A stretch of DNA of 64,000 nt from a virus. The number at the start of each line of letters is the position of its first letter. The first letter of the stretch is position 1. The notes under the pieces were generated by a model, which saw only the letters and a list, made by a program, of their open reading frames with translations, made no database searches and was not told where the DNA came from. Made by a program: the position numbers and the translations under genes. Positions 27,298 through 37,920 of this stretch are shown in pieces. The stretch covers positions 99,643 through 163,642 of the IMG/VR virus record IMGVR_UViG_3300046779_000879, one strand, 5' to 3'.

Positions 27298-27509
27298 TAT
27301 TCTGTTTCTTGACTCTCTGGTTCAACTTCTTGTGTTTCTTGTTCAGCAACAGGTTCTTGTGAAGAGAACATGCTTTTTGCAATACCAGTACGCATGTCGT
27401 CTAGTTTAACTGCTAGTTTCTCAGCCATTGCAGCACCAAAAGCCTGTTCAGTTTCTAACGCATCTCCGTTAGCCATCGCTTGAATTAAATTGTATGTAGT
27501 TTCACTCAT
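27297..27509 (-). CDS. Prohead core protein (gp67-like)
   Basis: Small acidic protein immediately after the portal. Confidence 0.65.
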   Translation of the reverse strand: MSETTYNLIQAMANGDALETEQAFGAAMAEKLAVKLDDMRTGIAKSMFSSQEPVAEQETQEVEPESQETE

Positions 27510-27521
27510 GTCATTCTCCTA

Positions 27522-29177
27522 TTAATTTGGCCAACCAGTTGGTGGTGTTTGTTCATCTTGTTGTGCAGCTGGTACTGAATCATTTTGTGTTTCTTGTGGT
27601 GCTTGCCCATCAGCAGGTGCTTCTTGTGCTTGTGGAGCATTCTGTTGCAAGTAGTTCTGTTGTGCAGCTTGTGTAACACCAGCCAACGTACCAACTTGCT
27701 CAGCATCTTCAATACGATCTTCTTTTTCTTCTTCAATTTCTTTTTCGATCTGCTCAATGTCTTCGTCATCAAGACGTAAAACATTTTTACGGATCCATGC
27801 TTGAGAGTAATATTTACCAACAAACGGATCTAACTGTTGAAGAATCTGAACACGCTGGGTCAAAATCTCTGCATCTTTTAATTCTGAGTAATGATTGTCT
27901 TCTAGATAATCATATTTAATCTTAGAAGAAATATCATCCCACTCTTCTGGTTTGATAATATTTTTTGCAATTAGTTGTACTCTTAATGCTTGAGAGAACA
28001 ACATGCTAAATTTCTTACGAAGTCTAACAATAAATTTGTTAAACTTAACTTCATCACGACTAATCTCTGTTGAACGACCAATCGAGAATCCTTGCTGTTG
28101 TTGCAAGCGAGAGATTGGAACATTCAATGCATGATAAAGTTTTTGTTGGAAGTATTCGATATCCTGAATCTCGCCAAGGTTTTGTCCACCTGGAAGAGTA
28201 GTTATCTCTGTGCCTTTACCACCCTCACGACGTGGCATCCAGAAATCTTCCATCATTGATAAGTGACGACGATCGTCTCTTGTCTCACCAGTTGTTGCAT
28301 CGTAAACAATTTTGTTACGGAACTTATTCATAATGTCCGAAACATACTGCTCAGCTTTCAACTTAGGTAAATTACCTACATCAATGTAAAAAATTCTACG
28401 TTCAGGTGCACGGCTAATGCGATAAATGACCAAAGCATCTTCGATCATCTTTAACTGATTTACTGGTTTGATTGCCTTATGTAAATAAGACATCATCATT
28501 CCAGTGTTTTGTTCTACATATCCTGATGGACAGTAAACAACTGAATCTAATGCAAGTTTAACACCTTGTGTCGTTTGCTCTGTAATACCTTTGTCATTGT
28601 AAAGATAATACTCTTCGATCTCTTTTACAACTTCAATGCCAGTAGCACCTTGCTTTTCTTTTTTAATATTTTTAATACGACGGATTTTACGAGGATCAAT
28701 AAATCGTAACTCTACAATACCGTCTTTAATATTTTCTTGATTAATAAGAATTTGGTAATACAATCGACCATCGATATACCAAGTTCGGAAAGTCTCATGC
28801 GCTCTTTCGTCAAACTTAAGAAGATCTAAAATATTACTAAATTCTTCACGAATCTTTTTCTTAATCGGTTCAGAAACTTTAACTTCGTCTAGAACAATCT
28901 CAACTGGTTTCTTATCTTCATCTGCAACAATAGCTTCATTAACAATATCCTCAATGGCACCATCGCAATCGCTATATTGCGACACTTCACGATAACGTCT
29001 AATAAGATCGTTTTCGTTTTTGATGACACCTTCAAGATCCATGACCATACCGTAATAACCACCAGCATTTACGCCAGTGTTTATTACAGTAGATCCATCA
29101 GCTGCAGCATTTGGAGTGACTACACTCGGTAAATCCTGTGCTTCTTTACGCTTTATTTCAAAGCCAAATAATTGCAT
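27522..29177 (-). CDS. gp20: Portal vertex protein
   Basis: IYRISRAPERRIFYIDVGNLPK, EDFWMPRREGGKGTEITTLPGGQNLG. Confidence 0.97.
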   Translation of the reverse strand: MQLFGFEIKRKEAQDLPSVVTPNAAADGSTVINTGVNAGGYYGMVMDLEGVIKNENDLIRRYREVSQYSDCDGAIEDIVNEAIVADEDKKPVEIVLDEVKVSEPIKKKIREEFSNILDLLKFDERAHETFRTWYIDGRLYYQILINQENIKDGIVELRFIDPRKIRRIKNIKKEKQGATGIEVVKEIEEYYLYNDKGITEQTTQGVKLALDSVVYCPSGYVEQNTGMMMSYLHKAIKPVNQLKMIEDALVIYRISRAPERRIFYIDVGNLPKLKAEQYVSDIMNKFRNKIVYDATTGETRDDRRHLSMMEDFWMPRREGGKGTEITTLPGGQNLGEIQDIEYFQQKLYHALNVPISRLQQQQGFSIGRSTEISRDEVKFNKFIVRLRKKFSMLFSQALRVQLIAKNIIKPEEWDDISSKIKYDYLEDNHYSELKDAEILTQRVQILQQLDPFVGKYYSQAWIRKNVLRLDDEDIEQIEKEIEEEKEDRIEDAEQVGTLAGVTQAAQQNYLQQNAPQAQEAPADGQAPQETQNDSVPAAQQDEQTPPTGWPN

Positions 29178-29200
29178 TATATAAAAACCTCAGTTAATTA

Positions 29201-29788
29201 TTAAAGTGGGAAAGATCCAACTGGTGTGTCGATAGAAACATTGACACCAAATCCAGATGATGCTCCCGTATTTGAAGTGAAGAAGTTGTAAGTAAACTCT
29301 ACGTCAAATTGTTCAATTGCGTTTTGTTGCTCGTAATCCAAACCAATAGCAGAAATTTGAGTTGGGAATGCGTCAACGAACTTGTAACTCTTAATGATTG
29401 CTCCGTTACGATCTAACTGATGCACATTTAAGTCAACTTGGTAGTCAGTAGGATTAACACGACCATTAGTGCTATTATAGTTCTGAATACCAGATTGCCA
29501 CTGTTCTAATGCATTGCGGATACCAAATGTGGTATCGTTATAGATTGATACAGTCCATGGTTGAAATGTACGTTCACCAGCAAAGTTAATTGGACGACCA
29601 CGATACAAAACTGGTAAAGTTTCGATAGTGGAAGCTGGTAACTGAGCAGCTTTACACAAAAACTGTGCACGCTGTCCTGCCACTACACCCAATGTAACGT
29701 ATGCAGGGAATACTAGTTCGACACGGAATTGATTAGGGCGAGCACCGCCACCAATCATTTGTGCCTTAAAATCAGCAATATTTGCCAT
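29201..29788 (-). CDS. gp19: Tail tube protein
   Basis: GGARPNQFRV, CKAAQLPAS, AGERTFQPWTV; late promoter GATAAATA at 29812-29819. Confidence 0.95.
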   Translation of the reverse strand: MANIADFKAQMIGGGARPNQFRVELVFPAYVTLGVVAGQRAQFLCKAAQLPASTIETLPVLYRGRPINFAGERTFQPWTVSIYNDTTFGIRNALEQWQSGIQNYNSTNGRVNPTDYQVDLNVHQLDRNGAIIKSYKFVDAFPTQISAIGLDYEQQNAIEQFDVEFTYNFFTSNTGASSGFGVNVSIDTPVGSFPL

Positions 29789-29824
29789 TTAAATCTCCTT
29801 GTGTTCTTTCTTATTTATCCTAGA

Positions 29825-32011
29825 TTACGCACCGATTTCTGAGAAGTTAATCGCAGAACGAGCAGCAACGAAAGTCAAAGTGATAAAGTTGATAGAACGA
29901 TTTGGCTTAACAAAGATATCTGCAACAAACTCGTTACGATCGATAACTTCACCAGTGTTGTTAGACTCATCGCACTTAACAACGAAATCAGTAATACCAC
30001 GACGACCTTGTACATCACGTAGGAATGGCTCTACTAAGTTCTTAAACTGAGCACGAGTGAATCCATCGTTGAATTCAAATAACTGGAACTTAGCAGCAGT
30101 AGCAATTGCTTTTTCCATAACAATGAATAAACGACGCACATTGATACGATCAAATGCAGATGGTTTAGCCAACAAAGTCTTATCACCGAAAAGAACAGTA
30201 CCTTCTCCTGGGAATGTCACAACAGGGTTAACACCTTTCTTATAAAGTGCATCACGCTGTGTTTTAGTTGGTGTTATTGCAAGACGTACAACATTCTTAA
30301 TCTGACCACGATTCAAACCACCTGGAGAGAACCACGGATCGTTAGTAAAGTCAGTACGAGCACAAAGACCAGCAACGTCACCATTCAATGGAATATAACG
30401 GTATTGATCGTTATAGCGATCGTATTGATACTTGTAACCAGAGTCAAGAACTGCATAAGAAGTGCTTGATAGCAAATCACGGTAAGCAATAATTTGATTA
30501 ACCTCAGTAGATGTAGAACCGATGATAACATCACCACTTGTTACATTTTCTGGAGATATTAAGGCGATACAGTCAAGACGTGTTTCGCAGATGTTGCTAA
30601 TTACGTACTGTGCAGTTGTAGCAGATGCTTTACCTAACATAACTAGGCTAATGTCATACTGTTCAGCATTTGCAAATAAAGCAAATGCACTTTGTTTTTC
30701 TGCATCAGTTATTGCGTAATCGTCAGTACCACCTGATAAACTTCTATTAACAGCAGATGTTAAACTCCTAAACGTACTTGCTGCTGCTTCAGCACCCCAT
30801 AAAGCACCACTACCAACTAAATTGGTTGGGTGATCCATCCAGTAGATCCACTCAGATCTTGTATTAATAACATTTTTATAATAGTTATTAGTACCATCTG
30901 GTTTCTTTCCATCTGATGCTTTAGAAGCAAATGCAAATTTTTCTAATACAGAATTAACAGTTCCAGTAATTAATCCATCTTCATCTAATACAATGACATG
31001 AACCTCATCATTAGAACCACCTACGCTTGCTGCGTATACTGAAGTTCCTGGTGCAGCATCGAATTCATCTTTATATGTCCATGTGCTAAATGTAGCACTA
31101 TCAGCCATAGAAACTTTTAGAGAGTTACCTAAGGATCCTGGATATTTGGCAGCAAATTCACCAACAATAGCTGAACCATTAGCGTAATTTAATGTATAAT
31201 TTTCAGCATTCGTAATTTTAATACCAATAGTGCTGCTGATAGTTGACGTTGCAGTAGCTGCAGTACCAGAAGGTGGGTTTGCGATAGTAATTGATGGAGC
31301 AACTGAATAACCAGTACCAGCGTTTACAATAGCTAAACCAGTCACAGTAGAAGTGCCAAGAGTAACAGATGTAACAGTAGCACCAGTTCCATCACCACTA
31401 ATTGTAACAGTTGGGGTTGCTTTGTAACCAGATCCACCATTTGTTATTACGATATTAGTGATAACTCCACCTGATACTGTTGCAGTAGCAGTAGCACCAG
31501 AACCACCACCAGCTCCAGGTGTAATGGTTACGCTAGCAGTAGTATAACCAGACATAGTACCACCGACAACGATAGCACTAACAGCACCACCAGAAATAGT
31601 TGCAGTTACAGTGGCTTGAGTTCCACCAGCTAAATCAGGTGCAGAAACTGCAACTGTTGGAGCAGCAGCTGTAGAAACATAACCACTACCGTTTCCTGAT
31701 AAAGTGACTGTAGCTAAACCACCAGTAGCTGCTGATACTGCATTTAAATGACCAGCGTCAGCACGAACTAGTAATAAGTTGTTAGTATAAGATAGGAAGT
31801 TCGCAGCTGTGAAGAAAGATTGGAAGTTGCTATCATTTGGTTTACCGAAGCGACGAACTAAATCGTTTTCTGAACTAACGGTAACAGGTTCCATTACTGG
31901 ACCCCATGGGAATGCTCCAGCAAAAGCACCAATAGATGATGAGACGGCTGGCACGATAGAAGTGAAATCTTTTTCTACGACTGCAACGCCTGGAGATAAT
32001 TGAAACGGCAT
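29825..32011 (-). CDS. gp18: Tail sheath protein
   Basis: [40 protein letters not shown]; late promoter ACTAAATA at 32064-32071. Confidence 0.97.
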   Translation of the reverse strand: MPFQLSPGVAVVEKDFTSIVPAVSSSIGAFAGAFPWGPVMEPVTVSSENDLVRRFGKPNDSNFQSFFTAANFLSYTNNLLLVRADAGHLNAVSAATGGLATVTLSGNGSGYVSTAAAPTVAVSAPDLAGGTQATVTATISGGAVSAIVVGGTMSGYTTASVTITPGAGGGSGATATATVSGGVITNIVITNGGSGYKATPTVTISGDGTGATVTSVTLGTSTVTGLAIVNAGTGYSVAPSITIANPPSGTAATATSTISSTIGIKITNAENYTLNYANGSAIVGEFAAKYPGSLGNSLKVSMADSATFSTWTYKDEFDAAPGTSVYAASVGGSNDEVHVIVLDEDGLITGTVNSVLEKFAFASKASDGKKPDGTNNYYKNVINTRSEWIYWMDHPTNLVGSGALWGAEAAASTFRSLTSAVNRSLSGGTDDYAITDAEKQSAFALFANAEQYDISLVMLGKASATTAQYVISNICETRLDCIALISPENVTSGDVIIGSTSTEVNQIIAYRDLLSSTSYAVLDSGYKYQYDRYNDQYRYIPLNGDVAGLCARTDFTNDPWFSPGGLNRGQIKNVVRLAITPTKTQRDALYKKGVNPVVTFPGEGTVLFGDKTLLAKPSAFDRINVRRLFIVMEKAIATAAKFQLFEFNDGFTRAQFKNLVEPFLRDVQGRRGITDFVVKCDESNNTGEVIDRNEFVADIFVKPNRSINFITLTFVAARSAINFSEIGA

Positions 32012-32085
32012 TGTGTTTCTCCTTGTTAATAAGTTTACTTAGACAAAATCTATGTCTACATTTTATTTAGTTTTTGTGAGTTTTC

Positions 32086-33663
32086 TCAAAAGTTTAGGGG
32101 TGGTTTTTCTGGACCACCATCATCATAGAACCCAAATGGTGTTAATTCCTCTTCAATCGCTTGCATTTGTTTCTTGTACATAATTTCTCTAAGATTTACA
32201 TTATTTAGGTCTTTAAAATACGAGTTAGTCGTTAGCCAACTAAACAAAACTAACGGCATAACCAAGTCATCGTGATATCCTTCATCTGCCTCATATGAAC
32301 CCTTCTTTTCGATAAAAGTCGAGATCTCAGAAATAGTGTCGGCATCGTTAATAATAAGTTTGTTTTCTTCAACTAATGCTTTAAAATTGTGACATCCGAT
32401 ACGTTTAATTTTCTTATCAGTCATCACACCTAATTGCGTCTTACCTCCACCAAAACCGCCAGATACGGTTTGTCCATTAGTATGTCTTGTTACAAATAGT
32501 ATGTTTTCATATTCCATTTCAGAGTATAAAATATGTCCAACTTGTTCTGAGATGTTAATCTCAAGTAAAATATAAGCCTGATTATATTCCTTACCCACTT
32601 TATAAATCACACTTGGATAAAGAATAGGGCTAATTTGATTGTCACGATATTTCCCCACCATACGATAAGGAACTTCCGTAATATCAACGATTGTAAATGA
32701 CGAATAGTCGCCACCGACACCCTTAGCCACGTCACATACCATTACATATGTATGTCCTGCGCTTGGTTTTTCATAAATGTCCAGTCCATCTTTCGAGTGG
32801 ATAATAACATCTGGACTCATCTTAGCAATTACGTCTGCTTTAATAAGTGTTAAAGAAGAACCAAGAAATTTACAAAGAACTTCTTGAGTATATTTAAGTT
32901 CACCAAGTTGTTTCTTTTGTTCCTCTGCCCACGCTTCATCTCTTCCAGGAATCTCCCAGTATGGAATGAATAGCGGAACGAATCCGTTTCTACCTTTTTC
33001 GGCATCATTCCAAAACTTCCAGAAGTGATTATAACCAAGCGGTGTAGAACTTAAAAGAATCTTAGAAGTTTGTCCAGCAGAAATTGTAGGATAAACTGAT
33101 GTAAAAAATTCTTCTGCTACGTTGTTTGGGATAATTGCAGCTTCGTCAACATAAAGTAAGTTTACTGTCTTACCACGAATACCAGATTTGCCAGTTGCTG
33201 CAGTAAATACCTTTGAACCATTTTCTAGTTCGATGTCACCTTTATTCCAAGTAGTGACACCTTGTTGCATCCATTGTGGAAGCATCTCATACATTGTTTG
33301 GTAACGATCTAGAACTTCTCGTGCAGCAGTTGCTTTGTTGGCTAGAATCGCTACGTTTTTATTCGGTTGAAACAATGTGTACCAAAGAATGTATGCAGCA
33401 GATGTAGTTGTCTTACCTTGCTGACGACCTTCCATAAGGATCACACGACGATTATTATGGATTACGTTTACTTTATTCTTTTGGCAATCGTATAATTTAA
33501 ACAGTTGAAGACCATGGTCGATCGTTACAATATAGCAATAGTTTTCAATAAAGTAAATTGGATCTTGTGAACATTTAATATACTCTTGAATATTTTCAGG
33601 AGTAAACTCAACTGTAACACCAGCAGCCTTTAAATTCGAATTCGCATTATAAATTTCAGCCAT
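32086..33663 (-). CDS. gp17: Terminase large subunit
   Basis: GRQQGKTT, YVDEAA, SSTPLG, DVAKGVGGDYS, HDDLVM. Confidence 0.97.
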   Translation of the reverse strand: MAEIYNANSNLKAAGVTVEFTPENIQEYIKCSQDPIYFIENYCYIVTIDHGLQLFKLYDCQKNKVNVIHNNRRVILMEGRQQGKTTTSAAYILWYTLFQPNKNVAILANKATAAREVLDRYQTMYEMLPQWMQQGVTTWNKGDIELENGSKVFTAATGKSGIRGKTVNLLYVDEAAIIPNNVAEEFFTSVYPTISAGQTSKILLSSTPLGYNHFWKFWNDAEKGRNGFVPLFIPYWEIPGRDEAWAEEQKKQLGELKYTQEVLCKFLGSSLTLIKADVIAKMSPDVIIHSKDGLDIYEKPSAGHTYVMVCDVAKGVGGDYSSFTIVDITEVPYRMVGKYRDNQISPILYPSVIYKVGKEYNQAYILLEINISEQVGHILYSEMEYENILFVTRHTNGQTVSGGFGGGKTQLGVMTDKKIKRIGCHNFKALVEENKLIINDADTISEISTFIEKKGSYEADEGYHDDLVMPLVLFSWLTTNSYFKDLNNVNLREIMYKKQMQAIEEELTPFGFYDDGGPEKPPLNF

Positions 33664-33666
33664 AGT

Positions 33667-34413
33667 TTAAAATCCGTCTAACCAACTTTCAGAATCAACT
33701 GTTGCGGTAGTAACATCACCTTCTGCTGTGTAAATTCTATTTGGGCTGCTAAAGTTTTCATTAGTTCCAACATTAGCATTAACAGTGTCAATAACACTTT
33801 TACCAGTAATTGGTCCAAACAGATTAACTTTCATTTGGAAGTTAAGAGTATGAGTCACAAATCTTCTAGTTTGAAAATCGCCATCATACTCATCATTTAC
33901 TGCAACGCTATTTAAAATAATAGGAACGTCCAACTTAACATTCATATCTGGAACAGCATTGATAGTCATTGTATATTCAGGTGTGAATGTAGGAAGAATT
34001 TGTTCAACAATCTGCAATCCATCTTCTTGTGTTTTAGTTAGAATGTATAAAGAGATGTCTATATTATATGGGACAGGAGTATACATTGTAGAAACCGAAC
34101 CAGTACCATCACCACATTTAATCTGTTGCATACGATTTACTTTACGAGCAGGATCGTAGTTATATGCAAGAATTTCAAACGACATTCTTGGTAAAGAAAT
34201 ATAGGTATGATTCTCTAGGGTTGGATCTTGCTCTAAACGAACTAACCATTTTTCTTTTGGGGCATATGCCAGTGGAATTTGTAGACGTTGAATGGTTGTT
34301 CCAGTAACAGAATCTCCAGATTTACGATCAATATAAATGTCGCTAAACAAACGTCCAAATGCTACAATACTCTTACGAATAATGCCATGATAGAATACAT
34401 TATTATTAAGCAT
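33667..34413 (-). CDS. gp15: Tail sheath stabiliser / completion protein
   Basis: IPLAYAPKEKW, LPRMSFE, QIVEQILPTFTP. Confidence 0.93.
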   Translation of the reverse strand: MLNNNVFYHGIIRKSIVAFGRLFSDIYIDRKSGDSVTGTTIQRLQIPLAYAPKEKWLVRLEQDPTLENHTYISLPRMSFEILAYNYDPARKVNRMQQIKCGDGTGSVSTMYTPVPYNIDISLYILTKTQEDGLQIVEQILPTFTPEYTMTINAVPDMNVKLDVPIILNSVAVNDEYDGDFQTRRFVTHTLNFQMKVNLFGPITGKSVIDTVNANVGTNENFSSPNRIYTAEGDVTTATVDSESWLDGF

Positions 34414-35327
34414 TACTCACCAACCTCTCCAAATGGATTCGTTTCACTAAACACAGTATCTTTAGCTTCTTCTTTAAATGAGTTGTTGTCACCAAATGAT
34501 TCGACTTTGTCAATATCAATTTCTAAAGTTGCAGTAGCTGCAGCACCTGTTCCACCACCACCAGAAAAGGTTATTGCTGGAGCAGTTTGATAATTTTGAC
34601 CATCTTCTGTGACTGTAACAGAAACTACTTTGCCTGCATTTACGCCAGTTCCAAGAACCGCTGTAGCAGTGGCACCAAATCCAGTGGCACTAGTAAATTG
34701 CACTGTTGGCGCAGATGTATATCCAGAACCTCTATTTGTGACATTTACTTTTAGAACTCTTGATGTTGGATTTCTAGTAGAGTTTGTGCTGAATGTTTTT
34801 AATGATTCAAACGCATCAATTTCAGAAATACCAGTATCAATTCTTTCAGAGCTATACTGAAACAATTCTATTTGTAATTTGTAAACATAAAGTTTTCCTA
34901 ACTGGTAGAAAGGATCCTGATGTTTCACAAACTTAATTTCAAACAATCCCTTTGATAATGGGAAATAAATTAGATCTCCCTCGCATGGTCGATTTGGGAT
35001 TATTGTTTGACCATAACGACCAACAAGCTGATCCCAACGTCTACGTGCAACTACCAATGTAGCTGACTGTTCCATCATTAAACCAAATTTTTGAATAAAT
35101 GCACCCTGACCATCTAAAGAGTCTACGTTCTCAAAGTACATTTCTATTGGGAATGATGATTTAAATTCTGAAAGGCGATCTTCGCCTAGAATATTATCTT
35201 TTGATACCAATGTTCTTGGAATGTAGAAGAACTCATTACCGTAAATCTTTAACGATTCGATAATAAGATCTTCAATCAGGTACTGTTCGTTGCGAGTACC
35301 ATGAGAAAAATACACATTGGTTGGCAT
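34413..35327 (-). CDS. gp14: Neck protein
   Basis: EQYLIEDLIIESLKIYG, PCEGDLIYFP, PFYQLGK, FSETNPFG. Confidence 0.93.
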   Translation of the reverse strand: MPTNVYFSHGTRNEQYLIEDLIIESLKIYGNEFFYIPRTLVSKDNILGEDRLSEFKSSFPIEMYFENVDSLDGQGAFIQKFGLMMEQSATLVVARRRWDQLVGRYGQTIIPNRPCEGDLIYFPLSKGLFEIKFVKHQDPFYQLGKLYVYKLQIELFQYSSERIDTGISEIDAFESLKTFSTNSTRNPTSRVLKVNVTNRGSGYTSAPTVQFTSATGFGATATAVLGTGVNAGKVVSVTVTEDGQNYQTAPAITFSGGGGTGAAATATLEIDIDKVESFGDNNSFKEEAKDTVFSETNPFGEVGE

Positions 35328-35329
35328 TA

Positions 35330-36295
35330 TTAACCTATAAAAAAGTCTAGTGGTGCAGACTTAGACATCAATTCATCTTCTAATTCTTTAATTTCTGTAG
35401 TAGCTTCATCATATAGTTTATCACCATCTAAGGTAACACCACCTGGAAGTTGAATGCCAGAAAATTTTTTAAGATTGGTTGCCCATTGTTTCTTAAACAG
35501 TGCAGTAGTATAATGTTTTAACCAAGGCTCATTCCATACTTTAGTAAACTGTGAAGGATCTAATGCACGATATCCTTGAACAATAATATAATCGCCAAAT
35601 GAAACATCAGTGTCCCAATTTATATCTAGGTACAGACGATTCATACGACGATTAAATCTAAACAATGTATGTCCATTTAATTCTAAATCTAACAACGCTA
35701 ACTGCCCCATAACAGTTTTATAATAGATGATAGAAGTAGAAGTTAAATCATACAAGTCATTTAAACGTAACTGGTACTGTAAATCAAAGATATTCTTTGA
35801 AGAAGATGCCATACCAATCGAAAGAATTTTTGTAACACCATAAACTAAATCTGGAATATCAATATATTGAAGATCATATTCACGGAGAACTACTGGAGTT
35901 GCACCTAAAATTGCAGTTTGTCCAGATACAGAGCCAGTAATAGTTTCACCAGCCACAAATGTTCCAACTACTTTTTTAACTAGTAGGAGTGTTCCTGTAG
36001 AAACTCTAGTTGATTCACGAGTGACTTCAGCAATCGCTCCAGAAGTACTGCCAGTAACTTTTTCTGCAAGAACAAAGTTTGCTGCAACAGAGGTTGTGAG
36101 ATTAATTTCAGAAGCACGAATTTGTGCTTTCATGTAGATTTGTTCTACACCATCTGAATGATACTGTCTCCAATATTCTAACGCTTCATCTAAACGATCT
36201 TCTAGTTGGTCTTCGTCTACGTTAATTTCAAGTACAGGAGCACCCAATGCACGAAGTGCATATTGTTTTAATTGGTCTCTAGAAGCAACAGCCAT
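35330..36295 (-). CDS. gp13: Neck protein
   Basis: YALRALGAPVLEINV, WLKHYTTALFKKQW, LPGGVTLDG. Confidence 0.93.
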   Translation of the reverse strand: MAVASRDQLKQYALRALGAPVLEINVDEDQLEDRLDEALEYWRQYHSDGVEQIYMKAQIRASEINLTTSVAANFVLAEKVTGSTSGAIAEVTRESTRVSTGTLLLVKKVVGTFVAGETITGSVSGQTAILGATPVVLREYDLQYIDIPDLVYGVTKILSIGMASSSKNIFDLQYQLRLNDLYDLTSTSIIYYKTVMGQLALLDLELNGHTLFRFNRRMNRLYLDINWDTDVSFGDYIIVQGYRALDPSQFTKVWNEPWLKHYTTALFKKQWATNLKKFSGIQLPGGVTLDGDKLYDEATTEIKELEDELMSKSAPLDFFIG

Positions 36296-37920
36296 TAGAA
36301 TTCATCCCCTAAAGCAAGTCCAAGAGCAAGAACATCATCACCACCAGGAGTATTACCGTAAACCATCCAAGTAGAACCATTGTAGATAAAATCTACTTTA
36401 GTTCCCGCATATGATAAGATTAAATTAGTAGCAGAACCCATAATTGTATTACCATTTCTAGCAATAGTTAATGGGTTCGCACTCCAGTTACTACCATCAG
36501 CAATTGTAATTTGAGCACCTGATGATGCACTTGATGGTAATGTAATTGTAAATGCTCCACCGCTAGTATTGGCTAGAATAGATTCACCTAAACTAGCAGT
36601 ATGATTAGCAGTCTTAACTAACCAACCACCACCCCCTGCAGAGAATGTTACAGTTTTAGCATTACCATCAGTAGCAATTGCTACGTTTGGACCAGCAACT
36701 AATGTAAATGTGTCATTGTTACTGTTAGCAGTAACAGTCGTTTGCCCAGCAACTGCGATATTTTTAAAAATATTTTGAGTAGAACCTTTATCACTATTGG
36801 CAATAGTAACTGCAGTACCACCATTATAAGAACCGCCTGATAAACCACTACCAATCGTTAAAGTTGCTAAATCTTGACCCAGCGAAATACCAGAAATTGT
36901 TGAATTTGCTAGTTTGGTGATTGCAATAGCAGCATTTGCATTAATGTCAGCGTTGACAATAGTGCCATCTGCAATCATTGTAGAAGTAACTGTACCAGTA
37001 TCATCAGAACCAACTAATGTGCCAGTAGCTGGAACAGTTACAGAAGAACCGCCTGCAGGAGCAGTAACTGTTAGATTACCAGTGTTTAATGTGATTGTTC
37101 TAGAACCATTATTAACACCAGTACCACCATATGTTGGGTTAACGATAGTACCTTGCCAAGTACCAGTAGAAATAGTACCTACAGAAGTTAAAGAAGAATT
37201 AACTACACCAGATCCAAGAGTAGTTGCATTTAAAACCGAATTACCAGCAATATAATATGCTTTGCCAGTTAATAAATTGAAATGTTCAGAAGATGTCCAA
37301 GCATCAGTTAAGTCTATCCAGTGAATTGTTTTATCAGTCGTACCTTTAAGTCTAATACCACCTTCATTTGCAGTAATATCAGTTGGTGTAGTTACAGAAC
37401 CTAATTCAATTTCTTTATCGGCAATAACTTTTATTGTTGAGTTAATTGTAGTAGTTGTACCATTTACAGTAAAGTCTCCAGTAACAACTAAATCTTTATT
37501 AACAGTTACAGTTCCGCCATCATTATCACCAAGATTAATATTGGTTGTAGAACCAGAAGCTCCACCAGTACCAATATTAACAGTTTTAGTTTGACCAGAA
37601 GCAACTGCTCCAGTAGAAATATTTGTAGTGGATGACGAAGTGCTAGCATAACCTATTGTTAGTGTTGTAGGAGTAGCAAACGCTGTAAAAGTCGCATCAT
37701 TAGAATCTACACTTGTTCCAATAATTGGTGTAGTTAAAGTTTTATTTGTAAAAGTTTCAGTGCCAGCTAAAGTGGCTAGTGTACCAGTCGCAGTAGGTAA
37801 GGTTAATGTAGCACCATTATTATAAATGCCACTACTTGTTAAATCTAAATTATCACCGACTGCAAGTTCCCTCACAGTTTCTGAAACTGCGTTAACGATT
37901 AAAGGAAAACGATTTGCCAT
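36295..37920 (-). CDS. Fibre-like virion protein
   Basis: Thr/Gly-rich beta repeats (LATLAGTETFTNKTLT), NTSGGAFTITLP C-terminal module. Confidence 0.7.
   Translation of the reverse strand: MANRFPLIVNAVSETVRELAVGDNLDLTSSGIYNNGATLTLPTATGTLATLAGTETFTNKTLTTPIIGTSVDSNDATFTAFATPTTLTIGYASTSSSTTNISTGAVASGQTKTVNIGTGGASGSTTNINLGDNDGGTVTVNKDLVVTGDFTVNGTTTTINSTIKVIADKEIELGSVTTPTDITANEGGIRLKGTTDKTIHWIDLTDAWTSSEHFNLLTGKAYYIAGNSVLNATTLGSGVVNSSLTSVGTISTGTWQGTIVNPTYGGTGVNNGSRTITLNTGNLTVTAPAGGSSVTVPATGTLVGSDDTGTVTSTMIADGTIVNADINANAAIAITKLANSTISGISLGQDLATLTIGSGLSGGSYNGGTAVTIANSDKGSTQNIFKNIAVAGQTTVTANSNNDTFTLVAGPNVAIATDGNAKTVTFSAGGGGWLVKTANHTASLGESILANTSGGAFTITLPSSASSGAQITIADGSNWSANPLTIARNGNTIMGSATNLILSYAGTKVDFIYNGSTWMVYGNTPGGDDVLALGLALGDEF

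Noticed and set aside
27506-27823. 105-aa alternate-frame ORF over the portal C-terminus
   Set aside because: His/Lys shadow of the Gln/Ala/Pro-rich portal tail.
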